A DNA stretch of 64,000 bases from Blepharisma stoltei ATCC 30299 (Eukaryota > Protista > Ciliophora): contig CBFDEM010000016.1 in the NCBI GenBank assembly GCA_965603825.1, forward strand, positions 1-64,000, in the 5' to 3' direction. A program made the translations under genes and the position numbers. This document shows, piece by piece, positions 51,113 through 63,050 of the stretch. Below the pieces are notes generated by a model. The model did no database searches. It saw only the letters and a list, made by a program, of their open reading frames with translations, and was not told where the DNA came from. Position 1 is the first letter of the stretch. Every line of letters starts with the position of its first letter.

Positions 51113-52957
51113 ATGGATTATCATATTTGTGCAGAACCAGAGTGCCAAAATCCTCCTTTGGTTTGTTGCAGTTGCAATAATCAGCCTTTTCAAATTTGCA
51201 GAGATCATATAAGCGATCATATAATTAAATATGGAGCCTTAACTCATCATTATGAAAGTATTGGCCTTCAAAAAAACGAAGCTTATAAACTTCAAAAAAT
51301 TTCAAAGGATTTAAATGCGTATTCTCAAGCTATAAAATCGCTAAAAATAACTCTTGACCAGAAGTTTAACAGTCTGAAAGGGAAAATTGATGAGATTCTT
51401 ACCAGACTAGACAATGCAATTCACTACATTAAAACTATAAAGAATAATATAGATAAAGAAAACCAGAATGTAAAAAAATTTGCCAAAAAGCATATGAATT
51501 TAATATCTGAAGAAATAGCGAACTTAGAAGCTGATATCAATACAATTGAAGATATAAAAATTTCAGCTTCAAAAATTCCTTCTTTATTAGAAGAGGAAGA
51601 AAAAGGTCCAGAAGATAAAACAAGGTTAAAAATAGATGAATTTAGTGCTTCTTCAATATTCCAGCTCTTTGATTCTCTTGATGAAAACAATTTGTATGAA
51701 CTTGAGCAGGATAATTTTAATAAAATCAATATTTGCAATAGAGATGACATTTTAAATAATTTTGAAACTTTAACAGAAAAGCAATCAAATTTGCTTTGCA
51801 ACATCATTTTTTCAACCAGAGTTAACAAGAATTTAGCCTTAGCTGCATCAAACGCCATGTCAATTTTAGTTAAATCAAAATTCTCATTTGATAATAAAGA
51901 TTTTACAAATGTAAAAATACCTTATGCAAATTTATCTGGTGGGATATTTTTTAATACCGATTTTAGCGGTTCTGATTCAAGCATATCAACCGATTGTTTA
52001 AACGTCATATCAAAAGGCACCAAAATCCCTAACTTGGAACGAAACGGACTGAGAAATTTATCAATTTCCCATAATGAAGAATATATCGCTGCAACTCATA
52101 ATAAAAAAATCTATATATGGGATTTAAATACTAAAGAAAAAATTAATGAGATTACAGAAGATTCTGCATATTTAATATTCACAAAAGTATCATGATCATA
52201 TGATGATATATATTTAGTAACAGGAGATTATGAAGGAACTGTTTTTATATGAGAATCTATAACTGGCAATTTATTTGCAAAAATAAAACATGATAAAGGC
52301 CTGATACCATGCATTTTATGAACCCCAGATGATGACTACAAAATAGCTTTATGCTGTTATCAACATATAGCAGTTATAAATTTAGTTGGAGAAATTGTTT
52401 TTAAGCAACATCTTGGATGTAATACTACCATAATTGCATGATCTCAATCTGGCACATATATAGCTTGCTATTCTGGGAATAATTGAATCAATATATGAAA
52501 CATAAAAGATAGCAAAGAATATAAACATAAAATAAAAAATATATATGCATTGGAGTGAATTTATAAAGATGATTACTTGGCATTTGCTGGAAAAGATTGT
52601 TATATTTATATTTGAAATTTTATTTCAGATGTAATGACTTGAAGACTTGCCAATAATAAACTAGAGCATCCAATAAAAGTACTGGAATGAAATAAAAAAT
52701 TAAAACTCTTAGCAGTTGGATGTTTTAACGGATTTATAAATTTATGAGGCTTATTTAGGGATAAAAATACAATCTATCAAAAATGTGAAATAACATTTAG
52801 AGGTCATTCAAGAGATATAACAGCTCTTTCATGGGCAAGCCATTTTTTAGTTTCAGCAGGTTTAGACGGCACTATAAGCATTAGAAATATAAAGATTGAT
52901 TTTGATATAGAAAAATTAACCGAAAATTTGTGTTGGGCAACTCAGATATTTAATTAA
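51113..52957 (+). CDS. 614-aa B-box-like Zn finger, coiled coil, pentapeptide repeat, WD40 protein (pair 1)
   Basis: CAEPEC..CCSC..ICRDHISDH..H N-terminus; AASNAMSIL; many TGA codons at WD40 Trp positions; ends TAA 52957. Confidence 0.88.
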
Positions 52958-52989
52958 TTTCAGAAAATAGTAATAGAATGGATTTCATC

Positions 52990-54542
52990 TTAATTAAATA
53001 AGCAAATTTCTTGTTTTGCTTCGTATTTAACTGCCACTTCTTCATCAGCATCAAACATAAAAGATTCTAAAAACTTACCTCTGACTATATGAGAGTTGTA
53101 TGGAAATCTGCCTTCTTTTTTCAATTTTTCTATTGATGTAGCTTCTCGAGTTGTTAAATTAATTTTATAGGTATCATCAAAATAGTGTACAATATTTTCC
53201 ATTCCACCAAAAACTAATAGCAAATCGTCTGATAGACTTATCATACCTAAACCTACTGTTGGAGTTTCAAAAATATCACATTTTAATTCATGCCACTTTT
53301 TATCGTCTTCATTGAAAATTTCAATGGACTTGTTGTTACCACCTCCAAAAACGTAAACTTTGTCAAATAATGAAGAGGCTACAGGGGTTATTCTATTTTG
53401 ATTTAACGAGGAAATTTTCTTTCATTTATTATGCTTAAAAATTTCGACTTTTTTTATTCTATTGTCTCCAATTTTCCCACCGATTACACCAGGATAACCC
53501 ATAATAAAGGCACAGCAATGTCAGAATCTTCCAAAGGTTAAATCGGCCTGTTCAGAAATTGTTTGTGTATTGAGGTTAATAATTCTACATCTTTTAGGAC
53601 TCTCAAATCCTCCAGTCATTAATACTTCATAAGGACTTATTAGCATTATTCTTGAGTGAAATTCAAATAATGGGCTATCAAGCTTATATTTATTGTAACT
53701 TAAATGAGCCAATTTAAGGTCTCTATTAGTTTCTCCAAGATTTATAAAATACGAATTATAATTATTTAGCAGATGGCAAAATGTTGAACTATAAAAATTT
53801 ACCTTTTTGCATTGATCTTTGCGCCATTCTACTTTTTCGATTCTAGGGGGCTTTATTTCATCTATAAAGTCTCTTTGAATATCATCATTAGTTATGAGTA
53901 AATACTCAAATGGAGTATAATAATCTTTTTGAAAAATTGGAAATTTTATCCTTTCTATGATAAATTCGCACATCCTAATTATAGAATCTAGCTCAGATAG
54001 TAGCTTATTTTTTGCTTCAAGGGCTAAGTCCAACTTTGATTGATATTTTTTAATTATTTTTCCTATTTTGTTTTCTCATTTTACTCGATTTTCTAATGTT
54101 TCATCACGAACTTGTTTTATTTTGCCCATTATTCTAGCTGGGTATAATAATCTTTTTTAATGATTGGCTTTTTCATTTTTTCAATAACTAGGTTGCAAGT
54201 ATCAACTATAGCTTGAAGCTCAATTGTGAGTGTTTTTCTTGTCTTAGATACTTTTACCTGTATTTTTTCATGGTGATCTTCTAATTTTCCCAATTCTTCA
54301 TTAATTATTTCTTTAAGTTTATTTGTCTCTTCTATAACTACATTAAGCTTGTCTTGAATTTTATCATAAATTTCCGAGCTGATGCCTTCTACTTGCATTG
54401 TTTCATGATTTTTATTGTTACACATACTAACATGGCCGATATAATGATCTCAGCAGAAATAATTTTCTAGATTATCGCACAGGCACATAAAGCTGACTTT
54501 ATTTTGGCATCATTGAGAATTGCATGTTGATAGATCTCTCAT
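52990..54542 (-). CDS. B-box-like, coiled coil, Kelch-repeat gene (pair 1), split at TAATG 54131-54127
   Basis: ATG 54542 MRDLSTCNSQWCQ..MCLC..YFCWDHYIGH runs to TAA 54129. A second frame starts at the overlapping ATG 54129 and runs to TAA 52990 with Kelch motifs (LMTGG, VIGG, VYVFGG, LVFGG). Confidence 0.75.
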
Positions 54543-54759
54543 ATTAAATTATACCTTAGATAATGGATGTTTACAATTATAATTATTAAAGGTATATTTA
54601 TAAAATGCTATTTGCGATTCTAAAATCATTATGAGCTTAAGAAATCACACCTTTAATAAGAGGCAATAAGATCTCCCTAAATTAAATTTTAAAACGCTGA
54701 TTTAATGCTTTAAATAAAAGTATTTAATCATTTTTATAGATCTTTATAATAAATTTATT

Positions 54760-57312
54760 ATGGAAATAGTTTGCTCAGAAATTGGATGCACTTCTAGTCC
54801 TTTTATTAAATGCTTTTGCTCTGATGAATTGCTTTTTTTTTGTAAAACCCATATGATGGATCACATTAACAATGTCAATAAACCTCACTGTTATGAAAAA
54901 ATAAAAATTCTGAGCCAAGAGGAAACTAAAAATGATAGAATTAAGGCTTTTAAAGACGTTTATAATAATTTACATTCGATAAAATCAAAACTTACGCAAA
55001 AGGTAGAAGCACTTTATCAGCCAAAAATAAATAAACTCTATGGAAAAATTGATTCTGACATTGAGGAGGTAAGCAGTATTTTGGAATATTTAGAGACAGA
55101 TCAAAATCAAAATTTTTATGAAAATTTCAGGTGTACTTTTGAAGAAAGCTTATCAAAATACCAAAATAATTCAAAATTATCAGATAATGAAGTCAATTTT
55201 ATTGAAGATTTTGCAATATTAACTAAAGAAAACGCTTGAAGGTATCAGATAGGAGAAGAAGAAAAAGATTCAGACTACAGAAAGCTTATTTCTGAAACCA
55301 CACCATTTAAATTAGATGAGCTTTATTCTTACGCAATTTTAAGATTTTTGGATTATTTTGAAGCAGGTACCCTCTCAAATAGTTTTTTTAACTTAACCAA
55401 TTTTTGTGATAAAGAAAAGATCCTTCTCTATACCGTTGAAAAATTGACTGATGACCATAAAAAACTGCTTTATAATATTGTCCTTATGACAAGATGAAAT
55501 AAAAATTTGGCTCAAGCCGGCTCTAATTCTATGTCGATTTTAATTAAAGCAGAGCATCGTTTTGATAGGGAAGATTTATCTGGGATTTGTATACCTCAAG
55601 CAAATTTGTCAAATGGAGTATTTTATAAAACTAATTTCAGTAAAGCAGACTTGAGCAATTGTGTATTATCATGTGCACAGTTTTTAGATGTAACTTTAAA
55701 TAGAACTGCTTTACCAAAAATTAAACCAAATAAAGAATTTCCCCGTATAAAAGTGTACTCCGTAGCAATTTCTCACAATGGAGCATGGGTCGCAATTTGT
55801 CAATATGATAGGATTACTATATATGATGCATATACCTCAAAAAAGCAAAAAGAATGCTACGAACAATCCATCAATGATTTTCTTCAAGTAGTCTCATGGT
55901 CATATGATGATAGGTTTATAGCCTCCTGCGACTGGCTTGGGACTGTTTTTATTTGGGAATGGGATGATTCCAGTGAGTTTAGCCAGTTAATATCTAAAAT
56001 TATGCCAGCTCAAGGCTCATTGACTAAAGTCTTATGAGCGCCTAATGACTATAGGATTGCATCATGCAGGACCAATGGTACTATAAAAATATGAGATGCT
56101 TTTACAAACGAAACTATTTTTGAAGATCAAGATGTATTAATAACTGTTTTGGCATGATCTAGTTCTGGAAAATATTTGGCGTATTATTGTGCAAACGAAA
56201 TTATAAGAATACTGGACTCAGAAACTAGAAGGAAGGATTTTAATATAAAAACTAGTAAATTGTACGCACTAGAATGGATTTACAATGAAAAATACTTATA
56301 TAAATTAAAAAAACTTCTATTAATTAGCAAAAAGCTTCTCTCGCTTTGTCAAAATTATTCAGCATCTAATTTAGATTTATGTCAAAAAATTTTTGCATTC
56401 AAAATCACTTTTACAAGAAAAAAATTGTCTAATCTTTTATGTCTTTTATCTTAAAAAGCCAACAGCATCAAAAAAGCTGATCTTCTAATCATTATTACCT
56501 TATTTAAATTTCTGATCAGAATTATCGATATAAATAGAGAAAAATAATTGAACTTACTGTTGGTGGCGCGCGAAGGCCAGTGCTGTTAAAGTGTATAGGT
56601 TTTGAACTTGCTTAATTTATTCTGCTCCAGTTACTTTTTGTTAATCTTGGTAGTGCATCTGCAGCTGGCGTTGTGATGGAAAATGCTTTTAAAGAGATAA
56701 AATCTAGCTAAAAAGGAAGAGATATTGCTGCTGAGAAGCAAACCTATTAATAGATATTATAGAGCCCAATCTCTGAAAAATAGCATTTTATAAAAATAAA
56801 CCCATAGTTTGATACCTACATGAATCAGAAAGTGAATTTTATGCTAATCTTCAACAAACTGCATAGTATTTGGTGGAGAGGGTAAAAATATTAAAATATG
56901 AAAATTTTTAACTGGGGAAGATTTTTCATTTCCAAAAAAAATTGATTCACCTATAAGAGTACTTAAATGAATGGATAACTTATCACTTTTAGCTGTTGGA
57001 AACTTAGATGGATCAATAATGATATTGAGTATAATTGAGGACGATAATCAGCCTCCTTACTGTTCCTATCATTATAAATTATTAATTTTTTGCCACTCAT
57101 TAGATATTTACTCTTTATCTTGGTCTGATAGCAATAATTTATTAGCATCTGGAAGTGCTGATGGGACATTAAAAATTTTAAAAATAAATCCTGAAGAAAG
57201 TAAAGGAGGGGATGCAGAAACAGCCCAGTCTTTAGAAGATACATCTTTCACTGAAAACCTCGTATGGTCCTCCAAAGCATCTGATTTTATTCATGCAATA
57301 TCAAAGAGATAA
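54760..57312 (+). CDS. B-box-like, coiled coil, pentapeptide, WD40 protein (pair 2); 661 aa after removal of a 567-bp insertion
   Basis: Both flanks are in the same frame and free of TAA/TAG; colinear with the 51113 and 59526 genes. Confidence 0.85.
56297..56863. mobile_element. 567-bp TA-bounded insertion, putative retained internal eliminated sequence (IES)
   Basis: TA at 56297-56298 and 56864-56865. Excision leaving one TA gives EWIYNEKYLVFGGEGKNIKIW, matching paralogues EWIYKDDYLAFAGKDCYIYIW and DWIFYDNYIAFGALKSIKIW. Confidence 0.85.
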
Positions 57313-57343
57313 ATATATCATTATTTAAATTTATTGAAAAAAA

Positions 57344-58708
57344 TTAACTAATTGGTACATCTGGAGAAAAATTTATTTCTTCCTTCAATTCCCAATTAAT
57401 GAAACAGTGAAATTCACTGAAGTTCATCGCTGAGTAAAATTTTTTGTCTTTTAGCATATGAAAGCCATGTGAATATTTTCCTTTTATTTCTAAAGGTGGC
57501 ATTTTTGATTCTTTTTTATTTTTTATGTCAATTTTCACAGCTTCATTTAAAGGAATAGCGGAGGTAATGCAGCCGCCAAAAATTATAAGAAAATTCTCAC
57601 AGAGGCCTACTATTCCAGGGCTCATTCTATGATAAATGGGCATGCATCCTATTAATTCTTTTCATTGATCAATAGCTTCGTCAAATACTTCACAATAGTG
57701 TTCATAATTTCCTCCAACAACATAGACTTTTCCAAGCAATGAACAGGCTGATGGGGAACTCCTTGGGTAATTTAATGGTGTAAATTCATACCATTTGCCG
57801 TATTTAAAGATTTCAACAGCTTTTAAATATGATCTATTATAATATCCAGCAATTACTGCTGGAAAACCTTTGATAAATGTGATGCAATGTCAGTATCTCT
57901 CATGGTTTAGGCTATTTTGATGTGTTAAAGTTCGGTTAGTTATATTAAAAATATCGCATTTTTTAGGGTTCTTATTACCTCCTGTAATCAATATCTCATC
58001 TGGGCTGATTAGCATCATTCTCGATGATGGCTCAACTGATAAATTATCAAACTTTTCTTCCTTTTTTCCATCAAAACAAGCGAGGCTAAAAACATCAATG
58101 CCAAGATTTGTAATGTCAAAGCAATAGCTGTTATAAGTGCTTAGTAAGTGGCTAAATGTAGAACTATAAAATGATATTTTTTCTCACAATCTTCTTTGGT
58201 CTTTTTTTATAATCTCTATTTTTGGAGGCTCCATTTGACTTATAATGCTCTCAGAGTAAGAAGAATAGTCATTTATAAGCAAATTTTCCAGTTGGCTATA
58301 GTAATCCTTCCTAGAAATTGGCTTTTTACATTTTTCTTTTAAATTTTTGCATGTAATAATTGTCTCTAGCAGCTGATTATTTATCATTTTTCTTGTATGA
58401 GTTATGCTTTTTAATAGTTTTCTATGAAATTTTTCTAATTTGTCGATTTTCCTTGAGAACTTTTCGAACAGCTTAGAAGTTTTCTCTATAATTCAATCAA
58501 GCTTTTGAAATAAACTACTAAGAACTTTCTGATTGATTGGAACTGTCTTCATCGGCTCATGGATTCTTTCACTTGACGTTTCCAGATGATATCTAAAGTG
58601 CGGTTCACATAAATAATGAGTCGATTTGTCACATAAGCAAATGATTTCAACATTTTTCTCACAATTCTCCTCTTCACAACTAATAGGTCTACAATCTTCA
58701 TAGTCCAT
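57344..58708 (-). CDS. 454-aa B-box-like, coiled coil, Kelch-repeat protein (pair 2)
   Basis: CEEENC..ICLC..YLCEPHFRYH..H; single frame with TGA=Trp; LITGG, RYWHC, VYVVGG, IIFGG. Confidence 0.88.
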
Positions 58709-59525
58709 GATATTATTAATTAAGGTTAAGAGAAAATGATTTATGCGATTCTAAGCAGCTTAATAGCTTATCTGAGACCGCTGTTAAAACTTTATCTATA
58801 ACTTGTACGAGAAAGACTTAGCGCATAATTTTAATTTATTAAGGTCTTTTGATTTTTAAATTCACTCCTTACGCCCTCAAATTCCTACACCTTAATATAA
58901 AGAATGAAAATTTTGGTGCTGTTAATATTTCTTCTATTTTATATCATCTAACGTAAGAAGTTCTATTATTGTCTTGCATTTTCTGTATATTCATCCTTTT
59001 TTACAAATATTTTCTGATGATCAGCCTGTCTATTATTTGATCACAAAAATAAACTTTCTCTTTTTCATAAGAGAACACATTCAATTTTTCATTAGATCTT
59101 GTAAAGGCAAGTAATAATTTGAAATATTTAGGTTTTCCTTTTATATTTTTATTAGAAAAAATAACAATTCAATGTTTCTTATTATAAATGTTCAGTTTTT
59201 TTTTGATTTTTCGTGTAAACTTCATTTCTTCAATTCGTTTAGATATTTTTTCTGTATAATTAAAATACTTTCCATCAAAAGTAAAAATTTTTTTTCCTTC
59301 AAAAACATTAATTTGCTTAAAAATTGCCCAAAACACTTAGGAATTCAAAAATAGAATTTACTTAGCAGAACTGCGATGATATATCCGACACCTTAGTTGC
59401 TTGCTTGGATTTCTCTGAAAAATTTTATAATATTGACTTAAAAGTATGAAAATTTAAAAACCAGATTCCATATATAACTGCATAGCGATATTATAAATAT
59501 ATTTCCAAGAGTTTTGCTGTATAAA

Positions 59526-61616
59526 ATGACTGATACATCTGAAGAATCTTGCTCATTTGAAAACTGTATTAATCCTTCTGAGGCTCAATGCATTTGCTTA
59601 ATCCAACCAAAATCTTATTGCAGAACCCATTTATTTAAGCATTTAGAAAAATTTGACCTAGATCACAAAACCCAAAGGATAGCTAATTATGACCAAAAAA
59701 TTTGGCGAGAAAAAGCTGAAGAAATAAATAAGATTTCAACTGATTTAATGAACTATAAAGAATCCTTTAAGCAAAAAATTGAAAGTCTCCTAAAAACTGA
59801 TGAATTTTATGCAAAAATTGAAAATAACCTTGAAATTGCAAGACAATTGACTGAATTTTTGACAGTAAATTGCTCTAAAAATAGTCTAGGAGTTGCATTT
59901 GAGACTAAGTTTGGCCAATCTTATGAAAAAAGTCTAAATGCATTAAAAGAAGAAATCTTAATAATATCCAAAACTGTTGATGACATAAAAGATATATTTC
60001 TAATAAAATCAGACGATTTTTGAAAAAGCAAAGTTTATAAAGAAATAGATAATTCAGACTATAAAGCCTTATGCAATGAAATAACCCCATTAAATATTGA
60101 TTATTTATACTCCCAAACAATTCTGAAATTTTTTGATGAAATCAAAAATTTCAAGGACTCTGAAGCTAATCTTTTCGACAACCTTAAAGACCATTACTTT
60201 AATAAAACCAATTTTTGTGATAAAGAAATTATCTTATCTAATTTAGCTGATAAACTATCAGAAGAAAATCAAAAATTGCTTTACAATATTGTCTGCCTTT
60301 CAAGAAAAAATAACTCTATAATTCAATCAGCTTCCAATGCTTTTTCAATTTTAGTAAAATCAAACTATCCATTTACTTTTGCAAATTTTTCTAACGTAAA
60401 AATTCCTTATGCAAATTTATCTGGTAAAGCTTTCTATAGGACTAATTTTGGCAACGCAGATTTAAGCTATTGCAATGTTTCTAAAAGTCAATTATTAAAT
60501 TGCTTTGTAAATTGCTTAAACTTGACTGGGGTCACTCAATCTGTTTCATCTGAACAATTAGTAATCTATTGTGTTTCTTTTTCCCATAATGAGAATTGAA
60601 TTGCGGCTTCTCAACTTCACAAAATCTTACTTTATGCATCAGATTCCCCAAAAAATCCTAAAGAACTCTCTCATCGTGATATTTCCTGTGCTGCTAAAAG
60701 CATTAGCTGGTCTTTCGATGACAACTATCTTGTATCTGGACACTACGAAGGACACATGTTTATATGGGATCTATTAAACAAAGAAAACCCGCTTTTAATA
60801 AGATTGGATAAATATCACAATGAAGAAATATTATCTGTGTCATGAAGTCCTATCGACTACAGAATTGCTTCTGGGAGTGCTTCCCAAGATATAAAAATAT
60901 GAGATAAAGAAACCAGTCAAATTTTATATCAGAGATATAAGCAAGGCTATTGAATTTTAGAGTTATTATGGTCTCAAACAGCTAAATACATCTGCTATAG
61001 GCTTGGGAACGGAGGAATTAAAATAATAGACATAGAAAATAAAGAAACATTAAATATGCATTTGGGCTCAGAAATCTGCGGCATCGATTGGATTTTCTAT
61101 GATAACTATATTGCATTTGGAGCATTGAAAAGTATTAAAATATGGGACTATAAAACAAATACAATATGCAATACCTCTAAAATAGAATTTTCTTCAATAA
61201 TTAAGTGCATTAAGTGGCTAGCAGATTGATATCTAATAGCTGCAGGGCTTGAGAATGGAACCATAGTTATATGTAGTGTTGAGGAAAATGAAGAAAGGAA
61301 TGCTGAGTTTGAAATTAGTTTTTTATTTAAGTTTAGAGGGCATGGAAGCGATGTAAGATCACTTACATGGTCTTGCAAGGGAAGCTTACTGGCATCAGGA
61401 AGTCATGATGGGACTGCAAAAATATGAAAAATAAAAAGAAATTTTGAAGAAGATCTAAATTCTGAAGCAACCAGATCGTTAACTTTAATTACAAAATATG
61501 AAAATTCAGATAACTCCACAATCGAAGAGGCTTACTTGCAAGATAGACCGAATTCAGTTTTTGAAGAATTTTTATGGTCATCAGAGCCTAACATCTTTAT
61601 TAATTTATCACCATAA
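59526..61616 (+). CDS. 696-aa B-box-like, coiled coil, pentapeptide, WD40 protein (pair 3)
   Basis: CSFENC..CIC..YCRTHLFKH..H; SASNAFSIL; GHGSDVRSLTWS..LASGSHDGTAKIW; ends TAA 61616. Confidence 0.88.
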
Positions 61617-61640
61617 TATTATTTATTAGATAATATTCTT

Positions 61641-62960
61641 TTAATTAAAGCTTATTTCTTCTTCAAATCCCCATGTAATACTGCCTCCGAATATATTAGT
61701 AAAGACATAATGAAAAAAATTATTGTCAGTGATAGAATAGCAGTTATATGGATGGGAACTGCCATATGGCAAAGCATTCATTTTTGATAATTTTCCTGAG
61801 TCAAGATCAGCTTTAACCACTTCGTTTATGAAATTGTCGCCTGCTTTGCCTCCAAAAATCAAAAGATTATCTCCATAAAGACCTATAACTCCTGGGCTAA
61901 TTCTATAGCTGATCTCAATATCTATTTCTTCTCAATCATTTTTAGCCTCATAAAATACTTCAACAACTGGCTTTTTAAAGTTTCCACCAAATAGAAAAAT
62001 CTTATCAAATACGCAAGATGCTGCACCAGACCATCTTGGATTTTTTATAGAAGGCATCACTTTTCATCTGTCAAATTCTAGCATCTCTACTGAGCTTAAA
62101 GCATCGCTTTGATAATGTCCACCAATTACAACAGGGCAGCCTTTAAAAAGAACACAGGAATGCCAATATCTTCCAACATTTAAACTTGGTTTAGACGAAA
62201 ATTGGTTATTTTCAGTATCAAGAAGCAAGCATTGGTTTTCGTTTTCAGCTTTTTTGCCTCCAGTGATCATAATTTCATGAGGACTGACAAATAAAAAGCG
62301 TGAATGGTGTTCAATATTATGATTCATATAAGAAACACTGCCAGATCTGTTAGCTCTTACAACTGCTTGATGGCCATCACTTTCGTTTTTGACATATATA
62401 GAATATGCTGAATAAGTATTTAATAAGTAGCTAAAAAATGAAGTCTTTATTTTTACTTTTTCCCATAAGCCTTGGACTAATTGAATATCTACAATTTTTG
62501 GAGGCTGGATTTCGTTTATAATATGTTCTGATTTGGAAATGTCATTTATCAAAATATATTCTAAAGGGCTATAAAAGCTTTTATTTATAACTGGCTCACT
62601 TATTATTTTAATGATTTTTTCGCATTGATTTACGATAGAATCCATTTCTTTGGTCAGTCTTTTATTTGCTTTAAGAGCTTTTTTGATAATTCGTGAGTGT
62701 TCTTGGACACTTTTTTCAGTTTCTGCATTGACTTCGACTATGATTTTTTCAGTTTCTAGTTTAACTTCGATTATTTTATTTAAAAGACTGCTATGAGCTT
62801 CTGAATTGATAGGCTTAAGGAGTTGAGTGCTATGGAGTTCATGAGGACATGCTTGAGTGTGATTAAAGTAATCATTTTCGCATCAATAATAAGTTTGATT
62901 ATTACAACTGCAAAATACTATAGGCTGTATTTGGCAACTTTGATTCGAGCACCGTGACAT
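61641..62960 (-). CDS. 439-aa B-box-like, coiled coil, Kelch-repeat protein (pair 3)
   Basis: MSRCSNQSC..FCSC..YYWCENDYFNH..H; in frame through TGA; MITGG, RYWHSC, VVIGG, IFLFGG. Confidence 0.88.
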
Positions 62961-63050
62961 GATATTTTTATTAAAAATTAATTTTTATAGATTGTTAATC
63001 AAAATATGATAATTATTAATAAGAAAAATCTTTATCATTATTATCTTTAT

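Noticed and set aside
56297-56863. Spliceosomal intron or MITE as the explanation of the insertion
   Set aside because: No GT at the left boundary, far longer than the 15-16 nt heterotrich introns, and no terminal inverted repeat beyond TAT.
3613-62960. Widespread pseudogenisation or selenoproteins suggested by in-frame TGA
   Set aside because: TGA aligns with Trp in paralogues and conserved motifs, not with Cys, and frames continue to TAA/TAG.
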